Positions 41,233 to 50,451 of a DNA stretch of 64,000 nucleotides are shown here, one piece after another (within the stretch, counting starts at the first letter, position 1; each line of letters opens with the position of its first letter). This DNA is from Bacilli bacterium (GTDB lineage Bacteria > Bacillota_I > Bacilli_A > RFN20 > CAG-826). The stretch lies in NCBI GenBank assembly GCA_017635465.1, contig JAGBLL010000036.1:4590-68589 (forward strand), given 5' to 3'. A program made the position numbers and the translations under genes. Below the pieces are notes generated by a model that searched no databases, was not told where the DNA came from, and saw nothing but the letters and a program-made list of their open reading frames with translations.

Positions 41233-41377
41233 AATTAGAATACCTCGTGTTTAAAAAGACAAATTTTATTGTATATCAGCGGTACTATTTTCTCAATGAT
41301 ATAGAGTGACTTTTTTAGATGTTTGATATGACAAAAATGCGATTGTGTTTTATCTAAAAAATTTTCTTAAAAAAATC

Positions 41378-41567
41378 TTTGCAATATTATTAGCGTGTGG
41401 TAAAGTTTTAGGCAAAGGATTGCTATGGAAAGACGAAATTGTAAGTGTAAGATTCCCGCCTCTCTAGGGGGTTTCTTCCCTCAATTTTCCCTCCCATTCG
41501 CTATTCTTATCTGTTTGTAGTCACCCCTGTTGTCGGGTGATTTTTTTTGCGCGAAAGGAGAAACATT
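41378..41567 (+). promoter_or_regulatory. Promoter (TTGCAA...TGgTAAAGT) and ~140-nt leader ending in an intrinsic terminator (TCACCC-ctgttgtc-GGGTGA + T8) 18 nt before the pyrP start. Pyrimidine-operon-type transcription attenuator.
   Basis: Hairpin and U-run at 41521-41548. A C-rich segment and a GGGGG that could pair alternatively with the terminator 5' arm. Downstream genes are pyrP-upp. Confidence 0.55.
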
Positions 41568-43004
41568 ATGTCGGCAAACAAACTTATCTACGATGTAGAA
41601 GACAAGCCAAGTTGGGGCAAAACAATCGTCTTCGCATTACAACAATTATTGGCCATCATGGCCGCAACAATCGCCGTTCCAATGATCGTTGGTAACGGTA
41701 TGAGTACATCAGCTGCTTTATTCGGTGCTGGTGTCGGTACAATCGTTTATTTACTTTTCACAAAATCCAAATCACCAGTCTTCCTTGGTAGTTCATTCGC
41801 TTTCTTAGGAAGTATGTTTGCAGCCTTTGGTGGTGCAGCCGGTTATGGAACATTAGGTTTTCTCGGTCTCATCATTGGTGCAATCTTCGCTGGTCTTGTT
41901 TACGTTGCTTTAGCTTTAGTCTGCAAATTCGCTGGAACAAAATGGATTAGCAAGCTCATGCCTGCAGTCGTCATTGGCCCAACAGTTGCTATTATCGGTT
42001 TAAGCTTATCTGGCAACGCTGTCGCTAACGTCTTCGGTTATGGTGATGTCCCTTCATTTGTCGCTTCCGAAGGCACGATCAACTTACACGTTGGTATGTG
42101 CATCATCGTTGGCCTTGTTACCTTACTCACAGTTATCGCTACATCAGTCTTCAGCAAACCAAAAGGTTTCTTAAGATTAATCCCATTCGTTGTTGGTATC
42201 GTTGCTGGTTACTTAGTGGCTTTAGCATTAACAGGTATCGGTTATGGCTTAGACAATGATGCCTTAAAGATCATCGACTTCAACATCTTCAAAAATGCTG
42301 GTTGGGATAAATTCATTGGTGGCTGGTGCCCAGAATTCACATTCATCAAAGCATTTGAAACATTCAAAGATTCCAATAACTTCGCTAACTTTGGTCCATA
42401 TTTAGGTACCTTAGCGGTTGCTTATATCCCAGTTGCCTTCGTTGTCTTCGCTGAACACATCGCAGACCACAAGAACTTAAGTACAATTATTGATAGAGAT
42501 TTACTTGAAGAACCAGGCTTACACAGAACACTTCTTGGTGATGGTGTTGGCTCAATGGCCGGTGCTTTCTTCGGCGGTGCATGTAACACAACATACGGTG
42601 AATCCGTTGGCTGTGTCGCTATCTCTGGTAACGCTTCCATTAGAACAATCTGGACAACCGCTGTCATGGCAATCGTCCTCTCATTCTTCTTACCATTCTC
42701 CACATTACTCGCTTCTATCCCAACCCCAGTTATGGGTGGTGTCTGTATTGCCTTATACGGCTTCATCGCTGTCTCTGGCTTAAAGATGATTCAAAATGTT
42801 GACCTTGGTGATAACAGAAACTTATTCGTTGTTTCCGTCATCTTAATTGCTGGTGTCGGTGGCTTCGCGATGAAGTTTGTCTTCCCAAATGCTTCCTACA
42901 TTCAATTAACAGAAGTTGCTTGTGCTTTAATCCTTGGTATAATTGTTAACGTGATGGTTGGCTTTGCCAGAAAAGATAAAGAACAACCTAACGAAGAAAA
43001 ATAA
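41568..43004 (+). CDS. pyrP: Uracil/xanthine permease (NCS2/NAT family). Likely the uracil permease, given upp downstream.
   Basis: 12-14 TM NCS2 layout. AAGGAG RBS before ATG at 41568. Confidence 0.8.
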   Translation: MSANKLIYDVEDKPSWGKTIVFALQQLLAIMAATIAVPMIVGNGMSTSAALFGAGVGTIVYLLFTKSKSPVFLGSSFAFLGSMFAAFGGAAGYGTLGFLGLIIGAIFAGLVYVALALVCKFAGTKWISKLMPAVVIGPTVAIIGLSLSGNAVANVFGYGDVPSFVASEGTINLHVGMCIIVGLVTLLTVIATSVFSKPKGFLRLIPFVVGIVAGYLVALALTGIGYGLDNDALKIIDFNIFKNAGWDKFIGGWCPEFTFIKAFETFKDSNNFANFGPYLGTLAVAYIPVAFVVFAEHIADHKNLSTIIDRDLLEEPGLHRTLLGDGVGSMAGAFFGGACNTTYGESVGCVAISGNASIRTIWTTAVMAIVLSFFLPFSTLLASIPTPVMGGVCIALYGFIAVSGLKMIQNVDLGDNRNLFVVSVILIAGVGGFAMKFVFPNASYIQLTEVACALILGIIVNVMVGFARKDKEQPNEEK

Positions 43005-43019
43005 GTTGAGGAAGAAAAG

Positions 43020-43694
43020 ATGGCTTTTGAAAATTATCCAACAGTCCATATTCTTGACCATCCATTGATCAAGCACAAGATTACAAAGCTTAGAGACAAA
43101 ACCACAAAAACTAGCGAATTCAAAATGCTCGTGAAAGAGATATCCGTTTTGGAAGGATATGAAGCATTAAGAAACGCTGAAACACAAATGGTGGAAATTG
43201 AAACACCAATTGAAAAAACAACACAACCAGTTGTTAAGAGAAAATCTCTCTGCTTCGTCCCAATTCTCCGTGCGGGATTAGGAATGGCGGATGGCATGCT
43301 TGATCTACTTCCAGGCTGTACATGTGGCCACATCGGTTTATACCGTGATGAAGTCACTAAAAAACCAGTGGAATATTACTGCAAATTACCTGCAGATATT
43401 TCCGAAAAAGATGTCTATTTAGTCGACCCAATGTTGGCGACAGGTGGTTCCGCTATTGATGCGGTTGCCCAACTCATCAAACATGGTGCTAAAAAGATTA
43501 CCTTCATTTGTATCATCGCTGCTCCAGAAGGCGTGGAAGCATTTGTGAAAAAATATCCAAATATTCCACTCTACATTGGTGCCCTTGACCGCTGCTTAAA
43601 TGAAAACGCCTACATTTGCCCAGGTTTGGGTGACTGTGGTGACCGTACATTTGGCACAACAAATGGTACAACAGAAGATAGACCAATTATCTAA
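43020..43694 (+). CDS. upp: Uracil phosphoribosyltransferase.
   Basis: YLVDPMLATGGSA PRPP motif and the C-terminal YICPGLGDCGDRTFGT motif. Confidence 0.9.
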   Translation: MAFENYPTVHILDHPLIKHKITKLRDKTTKTSEFKMLVKEISVLEGYEALRNAETQMVEIETPIEKTTQPVVKRKSLCFVPILRAGLGMADGMLDLLPGCTCGHIGLYRDEVTKKPVEYYCKLPADISEKDVYLVDPMLATGGSAIDAVAQLIKHGAKKITFICIIAAPEGVEAFVKKYPNIPLYIGALDRCLNENAYICPGLGDCGDRTFGTTNGTTEDRPII

Positions 43695-43746
43695 TCAACT
43701 TATTGATTAGTAGAAATTCCTTTCAGTTGAAAGAGGGAAAGAAGAC

Positions 43747-44676
43747 ATGACAAATAAAGAACAAGTACTAGTATTCTCTTTAACGTCCTGTGAAGAATTA
43801 GCTTACAGGGTGTGTGAAGAGCTCGGTGTGGAAAAAGCACCATCTATCTGTAGAAGATTCGCAGATAATGAAATTTTTACCAGACCAAACGTTGACGTAA
43901 GAGGTAAAGATTGTATTGTTATTCATTCAACCTGTAACCCAGTTAACGATAGAGTGATGGAATTATTAATCTTCATTGATGCTTTGAAGCGTGGTGAAGC
44001 AAAATCCATTACTGCGATCGTTCCATATTTCGGATATGTGAGACAAGATAGAACAATTGATTTCGGCGATCCAATTAGTGCGAAACTCGTCGCTAATTGC
44101 TTAAGAGAAGCTGGATGCAACAGAGTTGTATCTGTTGATTACCATAGTGGTTCAATGCAACCATTCTTCGAAAATATGGAAGCGGTGGAATTATATTCTT
44201 CATCAGTGTTTGCCGATTATTATCGTAAACGCTTAAGAACATTAAAAGTCAAACTCGAGGACGTCGTCATAGTTTCTCCAGATAAAGGCGGTCTCGAAAG
44301 AGCAAGACATTTAAGCAAAGACTTAGGTGACTTACCAATCGCGGTGTTAAATAAATACCGTCCTGAACCAAATAAGGCCGTTATTACTAACATCAAAGGC
44401 GAACCAGTTGAAGATAAGTACTGTTTGATGATTGATGATATCATCGATACTGGTGGCACAATTATTGCTGCGAGTAAAGAACTTCTTAAAAATGAAGCTA
44501 AAGGTATCTTAATCTGCGCTTGCCATGGTATCTTTTCCAAGAACGCTCTCGCTAAATTATATAGATGTGGTATCTTAGACATCGCTATTAGTGATTCTAT
44601 TCCACAAGAAGAAGATGTGGTGTCAATTGTTTCATTAGCACCAATCATTGCTAAGTACATTAACGAGAACTTCTAA
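43747..44676 (+). CDS. prs: Ribose-phosphate pyrophosphokinase.
   Basis: VPYFGYVRQDR and DDIIDTGGT motifs. 309 aa. Confidence 0.9.
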   Translation: MTNKEQVLVFSLTSCEELAYRVCEELGVEKAPSICRRFADNEIFTRPNVDVRGKDCIVIHSTCNPVNDRVMELLIFIDALKRGEAKSITAIVPYFGYVRQDRTIDFGDPISAKLVANCLREAGCNRVVSVDYHSGSMQPFFENMEAVELYSSSVFADYYRKRLRTLKVKLEDVVIVSPDKGGLERARHLSKDLGDLPIAVLNKYRPEPNKAVITNIKGEPVEDKYCLMIDDIIDTGGTIIAASKELLKNEAKGILICACHGIFSKNALAKLYRCGILDIAISDSIPQEEDVVSIVSLAPIIAKYINENF

Positions 44677-44694
44677 TAACAATTAAAGATATAT

Positions 44695-44728
44695 AAGACC
44701 GGAAAAATGAAAATCCGGTCTTTTTTCA
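44695..44728 (+). terminator. Intrinsic terminator after prs.
   Basis: AGACCGGA-aaaatgaaaa-TCCGGTCT hairpin followed by TTTTTTCATT. Confidence 0.75.
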
Positions 44729-44790
44729 TTGCAAGTAAGATAACTTTTTGATACTTTTTTGTTTAGAAAGCAAGAAAGGTGATTTGCAAA

Positions 44791-45879
44791 ATGAAAAAGC
44801 ACGCATTAGTGTTAATCGTCTTTACTGTCCTTTCAACGAGTTGCCAAAAGAATAGCATTATTCCTAGTAGCGAAGAAAAGGCAGATGCTGATAAGGGAAA
44901 AATTGTTTTACACTCAGACGTCCAAAGGGTCTTTTTATCTGGACCCCTTGAGAATGTGAATCTTTACGCTAGAGGAGCGGAAGAATTATCAAGGCCTTTA
45001 ACCCCAACATTTACGTGGGAAGAAGCAAAAGCGCCTTACACGGTATATCTTTCCGATAACTACAACTACTCTAACGCACTGACTTACTCCGTAGATGACG
45101 CTAAAATATCGTTTAGCAATCTAAAGATTAATACCAAATATTATTATCAAGTAATGTCTGGTGATGAAGTTATCAAGCAAGATACCTTCGAAACGTCATC
45201 ACAATTGGTGAGAAATTTATACATTTCCGGAGTAACAAACGCTCGAGACTTAGGTGGCTACACAACGAAGGAAGGTGTAGTTAAGCAAGGCGTCTTATTC
45301 CGTATGGGAAGACTTAATAAAAACGATGTTGAAGAAGTGGATGTGAGAATCACTTCTAAAGGCATCGACGCTATGATTAATGAATTAAAGGTGAAAACCG
45401 AAATTGATTTAAGAATGGTGGACAATAATGAAGTTGGTGGCTTAACTGAAGGAACAAGCGTTATTGGTAATAATGTTAAATATTATCAATGCCCAATGGA
45501 TTACACTGAAACAATGGATAAAGGGGATAATGATAAATCCTTAAGAAAAGTATTTACTATCTTAGGTGATAAGAAAAATTATCCAGCATTCTTCCATTGC
45601 TCAATCGGTACAGATCGTACTGGTTATGTCGCCTGGTTAATTAATAGCATCCTTGGTGTTAGTGAAGATGATTTGTGGAGAGATTATCTCTTCTCAAACT
45701 TCGGTAATATCGGTGGCTTACGCAATAAGAGTTATATCGAAAACGGTTATGTTAAAATGATTAAAGAAACTGAAGGAAATTCTTTAAAAGAAAAGACAAT
45801 TAACTTCTTACTTAAAAAAGGTGTAAAACAGCAAGACATCAATGTCGTCCAAGAAATGATGCTCAAAAACGAAGATTAA
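44791..45879 (+). CDS. Lipoprotein with a C-terminal protein-tyrosine-phosphatase-like domain (Y_phosphatase3-type CX5R).
   Basis: Lipobox LSTSC. Active-site signature HCSIGTDRTG (C-X5-R-T/S-G). Confidence 0.6.
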   Translation: MKKHALVLIVFTVLSTSCQKNSIIPSSEEKADADKGKIVLHSDVQRVFLSGPLENVNLYARGAEELSRPLTPTFTWEEAKAPYTVYLSDNYNYSNALTYSVDDAKISFSNLKINTKYYYQVMSGDEVIKQDTFETSSQLVRNLYISGVTNARDLGGYTTKEGVVKQGVLFRMGRLNKNDVEEVDVRITSKGIDAMINELKVKTEIDLRMVDNNEVGGLTEGTSVIGNNVKYYQCPMDYTETMDKGDNDKSLRKVFTILGDKKNYPAFFHCSIGTDRTGYVAWLINSILGVSEDDLWRDYLFSNFGNIGGLRNKSYIENGYVKMIKETEGNSLKEKTINFLLKKGVKQQDINVVQEMMLKNED

Positions 45880-46158
45880 TGGCTGATCTAGTCCCAAATC
45901 TCTAACCAGATAAGGGACTTTTTTATTGGCTTCCAACACGAAAAATAGTCAAAAGTGTTTACTGTAGTATACAAAAATGCCGATATTTCAGTTCGAAAGC
46001 ATATATTCAACCTCACAAAAAATACTTTATACTACATCTATTTCTGTCACTTTTTCTTTACGTTAATTTTATTAAAAAATTATTAACATTCACGCGTGCA
46101 TAATCTATACTTAAATAGTGTTTTTTCTTCGTGGAAAAGACTTAAAGGAGATACCCCT

Positions 46159-47580
46159 ATGAAATACGATGTCGTGATTGTTGGAGCGGGCCCAAGTGGA
46201 TATTTTTGTGCCTACGAATTAGTCAACAAAAACCCAAATTTAAAGGTCCTCCTTATAGATAAGGGTCTTTCCATCGAAAAAAGACATTGTCCAGTTTTAG
46301 AACACAAATTGACTAAATGTCCAAGAAATATAAAAGGCTATCAAGAATGCTTCCCAGCTTGTTCCATCACTAATGGTTTTGGTGGGGCTGGTGCTTATTC
46401 TGATGGTAAATTTAACATTACCTCCGAATTTGGTGGTTGGTTACAAGATTATATTGATAATGATGAGCTCATGAAACTCATCCATTATGTCGATGAAATC
46501 AATCTTAAATATGGCGCTACACCTGTGATTACTGATCCATATACCAAAGAAGTAAGAGAAATTGAAAAGAAGGCCATGTCTGTAGGCTTAAAACTTTTAC
46601 ATAGCAAAGTCAGACACTTAGGTACTGAAGAAAACTTAAAAATCTTAACAAGAATATATTTAGATTTAGAAAAGAAGATTGATGCGAGGTTCTCCACTGC
46701 AGTTAAAGATGTAATAGTGGAAAACGGTGTCGTTAAAGGTGTCGTGACTGATAAAGATGAAAGAATCGATGCTGATTATGTCTTATTAGCGGTTGGCCGT
46801 GAAGGTAGCCAATGGTTAACAAATTTATTTGAAAAATTTGGTGTGGAAATGACACAAAACCAAGTTGATATCGGTGTGCGTGTTGAATGTCCAAATATGG
46901 TCATGGAAGAAATCAACCAACACTTATATGAAGGTAAGTTCCTTTTCAAAGCGTCCACTGGCAGCACTGTTAGAACATTCTGCTCTAACCCAGGTGGCCA
47001 TGTTGTTATGGAAAACTACCAAGGTGTCGTTAATGTTAATGGTCATTCCTATAGCGATCCAAAATTATCCAGTGAAAACACTAACTTTGCTTTGTTAGTG
47101 ACTCATCACTTTGAAGAACCATTTAAGAAACCAAATGAATACGCTTTAAAGGTTTCTTCTTTAGCAAACCAATTAGCGTGTGGCTCGGTTTTAGTCCAAC
47201 GCTTTGGTGACATCTTACAAGGTAGACGTAGTACAGTTAAACGTATTAACGAAGGATTTGTAAGACCAACATTAAAAGAAGCTGTTCCAGGTGACTTAGC
47301 CTTATGCTTACCACAAAAAACCATGCAAGCGATTATCGAGATGATTAAAGTTTTAGATCACATCACTCCAGGTATCGCTACTGAACATACATTACTATAT
47401 GGCGTGGAAGCGAAATATTATTCTGCTCACCCACAAATTGATAACAAACTTGAAGTTAAAGATATTAAAAACCTCTATGTTGGTGGTGATGGTGCGGGTC
47501 TCACCCGTGGCTTAGCCCAAGCAGGAGCGTGTGGCGTTTATGTTGCTAGAAACATCCTAGAGAAGAAGGGTGTTAAATAG
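46159..47580 (+). CDS. FAD-dependent dehydrogenase of the COG2509 type, with a 4-Cys cluster.
   Basis: Rossmann VVIVGAGPSGY. Cys cluster HCPVLEHKLTKCPRN...ECFPAC. C-terminal GGDGAGLTRG. AAAGGAG RBS before ATG at 46159. Confidence 0.7.
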   Translation: MKYDVVIVGAGPSGYFCAYELVNKNPNLKVLLIDKGLSIEKRHCPVLEHKLTKCPRNIKGYQECFPACSITNGFGGAGAYSDGKFNITSEFGGWLQDYIDNDELMKLIHYVDEINLKYGATPVITDPYTKEVREIEKKAMSVGLKLLHSKVRHLGTEENLKILTRIYLDLEKKIDARFSTAVKDVIVENGVVKGVVTDKDERIDADYVLLAVGREGSQWLTNLFEKFGVEMTQNQVDIGVRVECPNMVMEEINQHLYEGKFLFKASTGSTVRTFCSNPGGHVVMENYQGVVNVNGHSYSDPKLSSENTNFALLVTHHFEEPFKKPNEYALKVSSLANQLACGSVLVQRFGDILQGRRSTVKRINEGFVRPTLKEAVPGDLALCLPQKTMQAIIEMIKVLDHITPGIATEHTLLYGVEAKYYSAHPQIDNKLEVKDIKNLYVGGDGAGLTRGLAQAGACGVYVARNILEKKGVK

Positions 47581-47596
47581 AAGGAGAAAAAAACTT

Positions 47597-48787
47597 ATGA
47601 GATGTGTTGGTGTGACATCTAGGGGCATCAGACTCCCCGTATTGAAAACTGGTGACGACTTAAGAAAGATTGTTGTCGAATCAGTTTTAAAAGCCTCTGA
47701 AAATGAAGGATTTAAATTTCATGATCGCGATGTTGTCGCAATCACCGAAAGTATCGTCGCCCGTTGCCAAGGCAATTACGCCTCTGTCGACAATATCGCT
47801 GACGATGTGAGAAAGAAAACCGGTGGCGATGAAGTAGCGGTCATTTTTCCTATTTTAAGTAGAAATAGATTCGCTATTCTCTTAAAAGGTATCGCTAGAG
47901 GTGTGAAGAAAGTTTACTTAATGCTTTCTTACCCAAGTGATGAAGTTGGTAATGCTTTAATTACCGCTGATCAAGTATACGAAGCTGGTATTAACCCATA
48001 CAGTGACGTCTTAACATTAGAAAAATATCGTGAATTATTTGGCTATAGAGTCCATGAATTCACTGGTGTTGACTATGTCGACTACTATAAAAAGTTAATT
48101 GAAGAACAAGGTGCAGAAGCTGTGATTATTTTTGCTAACCGCGCTGAAGCAATCTTAAATTACACAAAGAAAATCTTAACATGTGATATTCACACAAGAT
48201 TTGCTACAAAACGTTTATTAAAAGATAAAGGTGCTGAATTAGTTTTAGCCCTTGATGATATTTTAACCGCACCAGTTAATGGTTCTGGTTATAACGAAAA
48301 ATATGGTTTATTAGGTACAAATAAAGCCACTGAAGAAACTGTTAAATTATTCCCAAGAGATGGTCAATCTCTCGTTGAAGGTGTACAAGCTGATTTATTA
48401 GAAAAAACCGGCAAACACGTGGAAGTAATGGTGTATGGTGATGGTGCTTTTAAAGATCCACAAGGTAAGATTTGGGAATTAGCAGACCCAGTTGTTTCTC
48501 CATTCCACACAGTGGGCTTAAAAGGAACACCTAATGAATTAAAACTCAAATATTTAGCGGATAATGCCTATAAAGGCTTAAAAGGTAAAGAACTCGCTGA
48601 CGCGATTAAAGAAGATATCAAAGCTAAAGAAAAAGACCTCGTTGGTAAGATGGCTAGCGAAGGCACAACTCCAAGACAAATCACTGACTTATTAGGTTCT
48701 CTATGTGATTTAACAAGTGGTTCTGGTGATAAAGGTACACCAGTTGTCTTAATTCAAGGATATTTTGACAATTATGCCGACGAGTAA
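47597..48787 (+). CDS. CofE-like (F420-0:gamma-glutamyl ligase family) protein with large insertions. 397 aa.
   Basis: IRLPVLKTGDDLRKIV and HDRDVVAITESIVARCQG align to the CofE N-terminal motifs. YGDGAFKDPQGK aligns to the CofE nucleotide-binding region. Overlaps the upstream gene. Confidence 0.55.
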   Translation: MRCVGVTSRGIRLPVLKTGDDLRKIVVESVLKASENEGFKFHDRDVVAITESIVARCQGNYASVDNIADDVRKKTGGDEVAVIFPILSRNRFAILLKGIARGVKKVYLMLSYPSDEVGNALITADQVYEAGINPYSDVLTLEKYRELFGYRVHEFTGVDYVDYYKKLIEEQGAEAVIIFANRAEAILNYTKKILTCDIHTRFATKRLLKDKGAELVLALDDILTAPVNGSGYNEKYGLLGTNKATEETVKLFPRDGQSLVEGVQADLLEKTGKHVEVMVYGDGAFKDPQGKIWELADPVVSPFHTVGLKGTPNELKLKYLADNAYKGLKGKELADAIKEDIKAKEKDLVGKMASEGTTPRQITDLLGSLCDLTSGSGDKGTPVVLIQGYFDNYADE

Positions 48788-50270
48788 GAAGAAAATAGCA
48801 TTTGATAATAAAAAATATCTGAAAATCCAACGTCAGGAAATTTTAAAACGCATTAAATCCTTCGGTGGAAAACTTTACCTTGAATTCGGTGGTAAGTTAT
48901 TTGATGACTTCCACGCGAGTAGAGTTCTTCCAGGTTTTGAACCAGATTCAAAGCTCCAAATGTTACTCACATTAAAGGATGATGCCGAAATCGTTATGGC
49001 GGTCAACGCTAACGACATCAAAACAAATAAAGTTAGAAATGACTTAGGTATTACATATGAATCCGAAGTCGAAAGATTAATCGATGCTTATCAAGCAGCG
49101 GGTTTATATGTTAGTAGTGTGGTCTTCTGTTTCTATGAAGATAGCCCAGTATTAAAACAATTTGCCACGAAACTTAAAAAGAATGGCATTAAGGTTTATA
49201 AACACTACACAATCGCTGGTTATCCACATAACTTAGTCTCTGTTTTTGGTAGTGATGGCTTCGAAAAGAACGAATATGTTGAAACCACAAAACCATTAAT
49301 CGTTGTGACCGCGCCAGGACCAGGTTCAGGCAAGATGGCTGTCTGTTTAAGTCAGTTATATCATGATATGAATCGTGGTATTAAATCTGGTTACGCTAAA
49401 TATGAAACATTCCCAGTGTGGAATCTTCCACTTAGTCATCCAGTTAACTTAGCTTATGAAGCCGCAACAGTTGACTTAGCTGATGTTAATATGATTGACC
49501 CATACCATTTAGCGGCCTATGGCTTAACAACCACTAACTACAATAGAGATATTGAAACATTCCCATTATTAAAGACCATATTTGAAAAGATTTATGGTAC
49601 TTCCCCATATAAATCACCAACAGATATGGGCGTTAACATGGTTGGTTTCGCTATCGTCAACGATAAAGCGGCATGTGAGGCAAGTAAGCAAGAAATCATT
49701 CGTCGTTATTACCAAGCTAAAAAGAATGTCTACTTAGGTAAATTCGATGATGACACAATTGTCAAAGAAGAATCATTAATGAACGCAGTTGGTGTCACTA
49801 TTGCTGATCGACCAACAGTCGCGGCTTGCTTAGATAAAGCTAAAAAGTGCAAAGAAAGAGTGGTAGCCATTGAATTACCAAATGGCAAAATCATTACTGG
49901 TAAACGTTCAGTTCTTTTAGGCGCTCCAGCGGCAATGCTCCTTAATACACTTAAGTATTTAGGTAAGATTGACGATAGTATTCATTTAATTTCACCACAC
50001 GTGGTTACCCCAATGGCAGATCTTAAAACTGGTCCACTTAAGAAAGAAAACCCACGTATTAGAGCGGAAGAAATCTTGATTGCCTTAGCTATTCAAGCAA
50101 GTAGTAACCCACTCGCGGAATTAGCCTTAAAACAATTAGGCAAATTAAAAGGTTCTGAAGCGCATTGTTCGTGTTTACTTTCAGATGCTGATTTAAGAAC
50201 ATTAACCGCTTTAGGTATCAATGTCACTGAAGAACCTGTCGGGTACGCGCACAAACTATATTTTAAATAA
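48765..50270 (+). CDS. UPF0371/DUF1846-family protein, ~500 aa.
   Basis: Size and N-terminal region recalled as UPF0371 of Firmicutes. Overlaps the CofE-like stop. Confidence 0.5.
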   Translation: MTIMPTSKKKIAFDNKKYLKIQRQEILKRIKSFGGKLYLEFGGKLFDDFHASRVLPGFEPDSKLQMLLTLKDDAEIVMAVNANDIKTNKVRNDLGITYESEVERLIDAYQAAGLYVSSVVFCFYEDSPVLKQFATKLKKNGIKVYKHYTIAGYPHNLVSVFGSDGFEKNEYVETTKPLIVVTAPGPGSGKMAVCLSQLYHDMNRGIKSGYAKYETFPVWNLPLSHPVNLAYEAATVDLADVNMIDPYHLAAYGLTTTNYNRDIETFPLLKTIFEKIYGTSPYKSPTDMGVNMVGFAIVNDKAACEASKQEIIRRYYQAKKNVYLGKFDDDTIVKEESLMNAVGVTIADRPTVAACLDKAKKCKERVVAIELPNGKIITGKRSVLLGAPAAMLLNTLKYLGKIDDSIHLISPHVVTPMADLKTGPLKKENPRIRAEEILIALAIQASSNPLAELALKQLGKLKGSEAHCSCLLSDADLRTLTALGINVTEEPVGYAHKLYFK

Positions 50271-50305
50271 TTTATTGATTATATCTTAATTTATTTATTA
50301 AAGAG

Positions 50306-50336
50306 GAAAGAGCAAATCGCTCTTTTCTTTTTTCTA
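50306..50336 (+). terminator. Intrinsic terminator after the FAD-dehydrogenase/CofE-like/UPF0371 operon.
   Basis: AAAGAGC-aaat-CGCTCTTT hairpin followed by TCTTTTTTCT. Confidence 0.7.
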
Positions 50337-50451
50337 AATAACAAAATAGTCATATTTTTTATATATAAGGTAGATAATAATAGTATCGTAATCGTTTGTA
50401 TTCGTTAGAAACAAACAACATATTTTTTCATAATAAGAAAGGAATTTTTTC

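Noticed and set aside
41440-41480. PyrR binding box (UCCAGAGAGGCU-like) in the pyrP leader.
   Set aside because: The resemblance (CCUAGAGAGGCGGG) is on the antisense strand of the pyrP transcript, and the apt promoter appears to lie downstream of it. It is not a sense-strand PyrR site.
43695-43746. Palindrome CTTTCA-gt-TGAAAG between upp and prs as a terminator.
   Set aside because: Two-nucleotide loop and no U-tract. More likely incidental or a protein operator. Not called.
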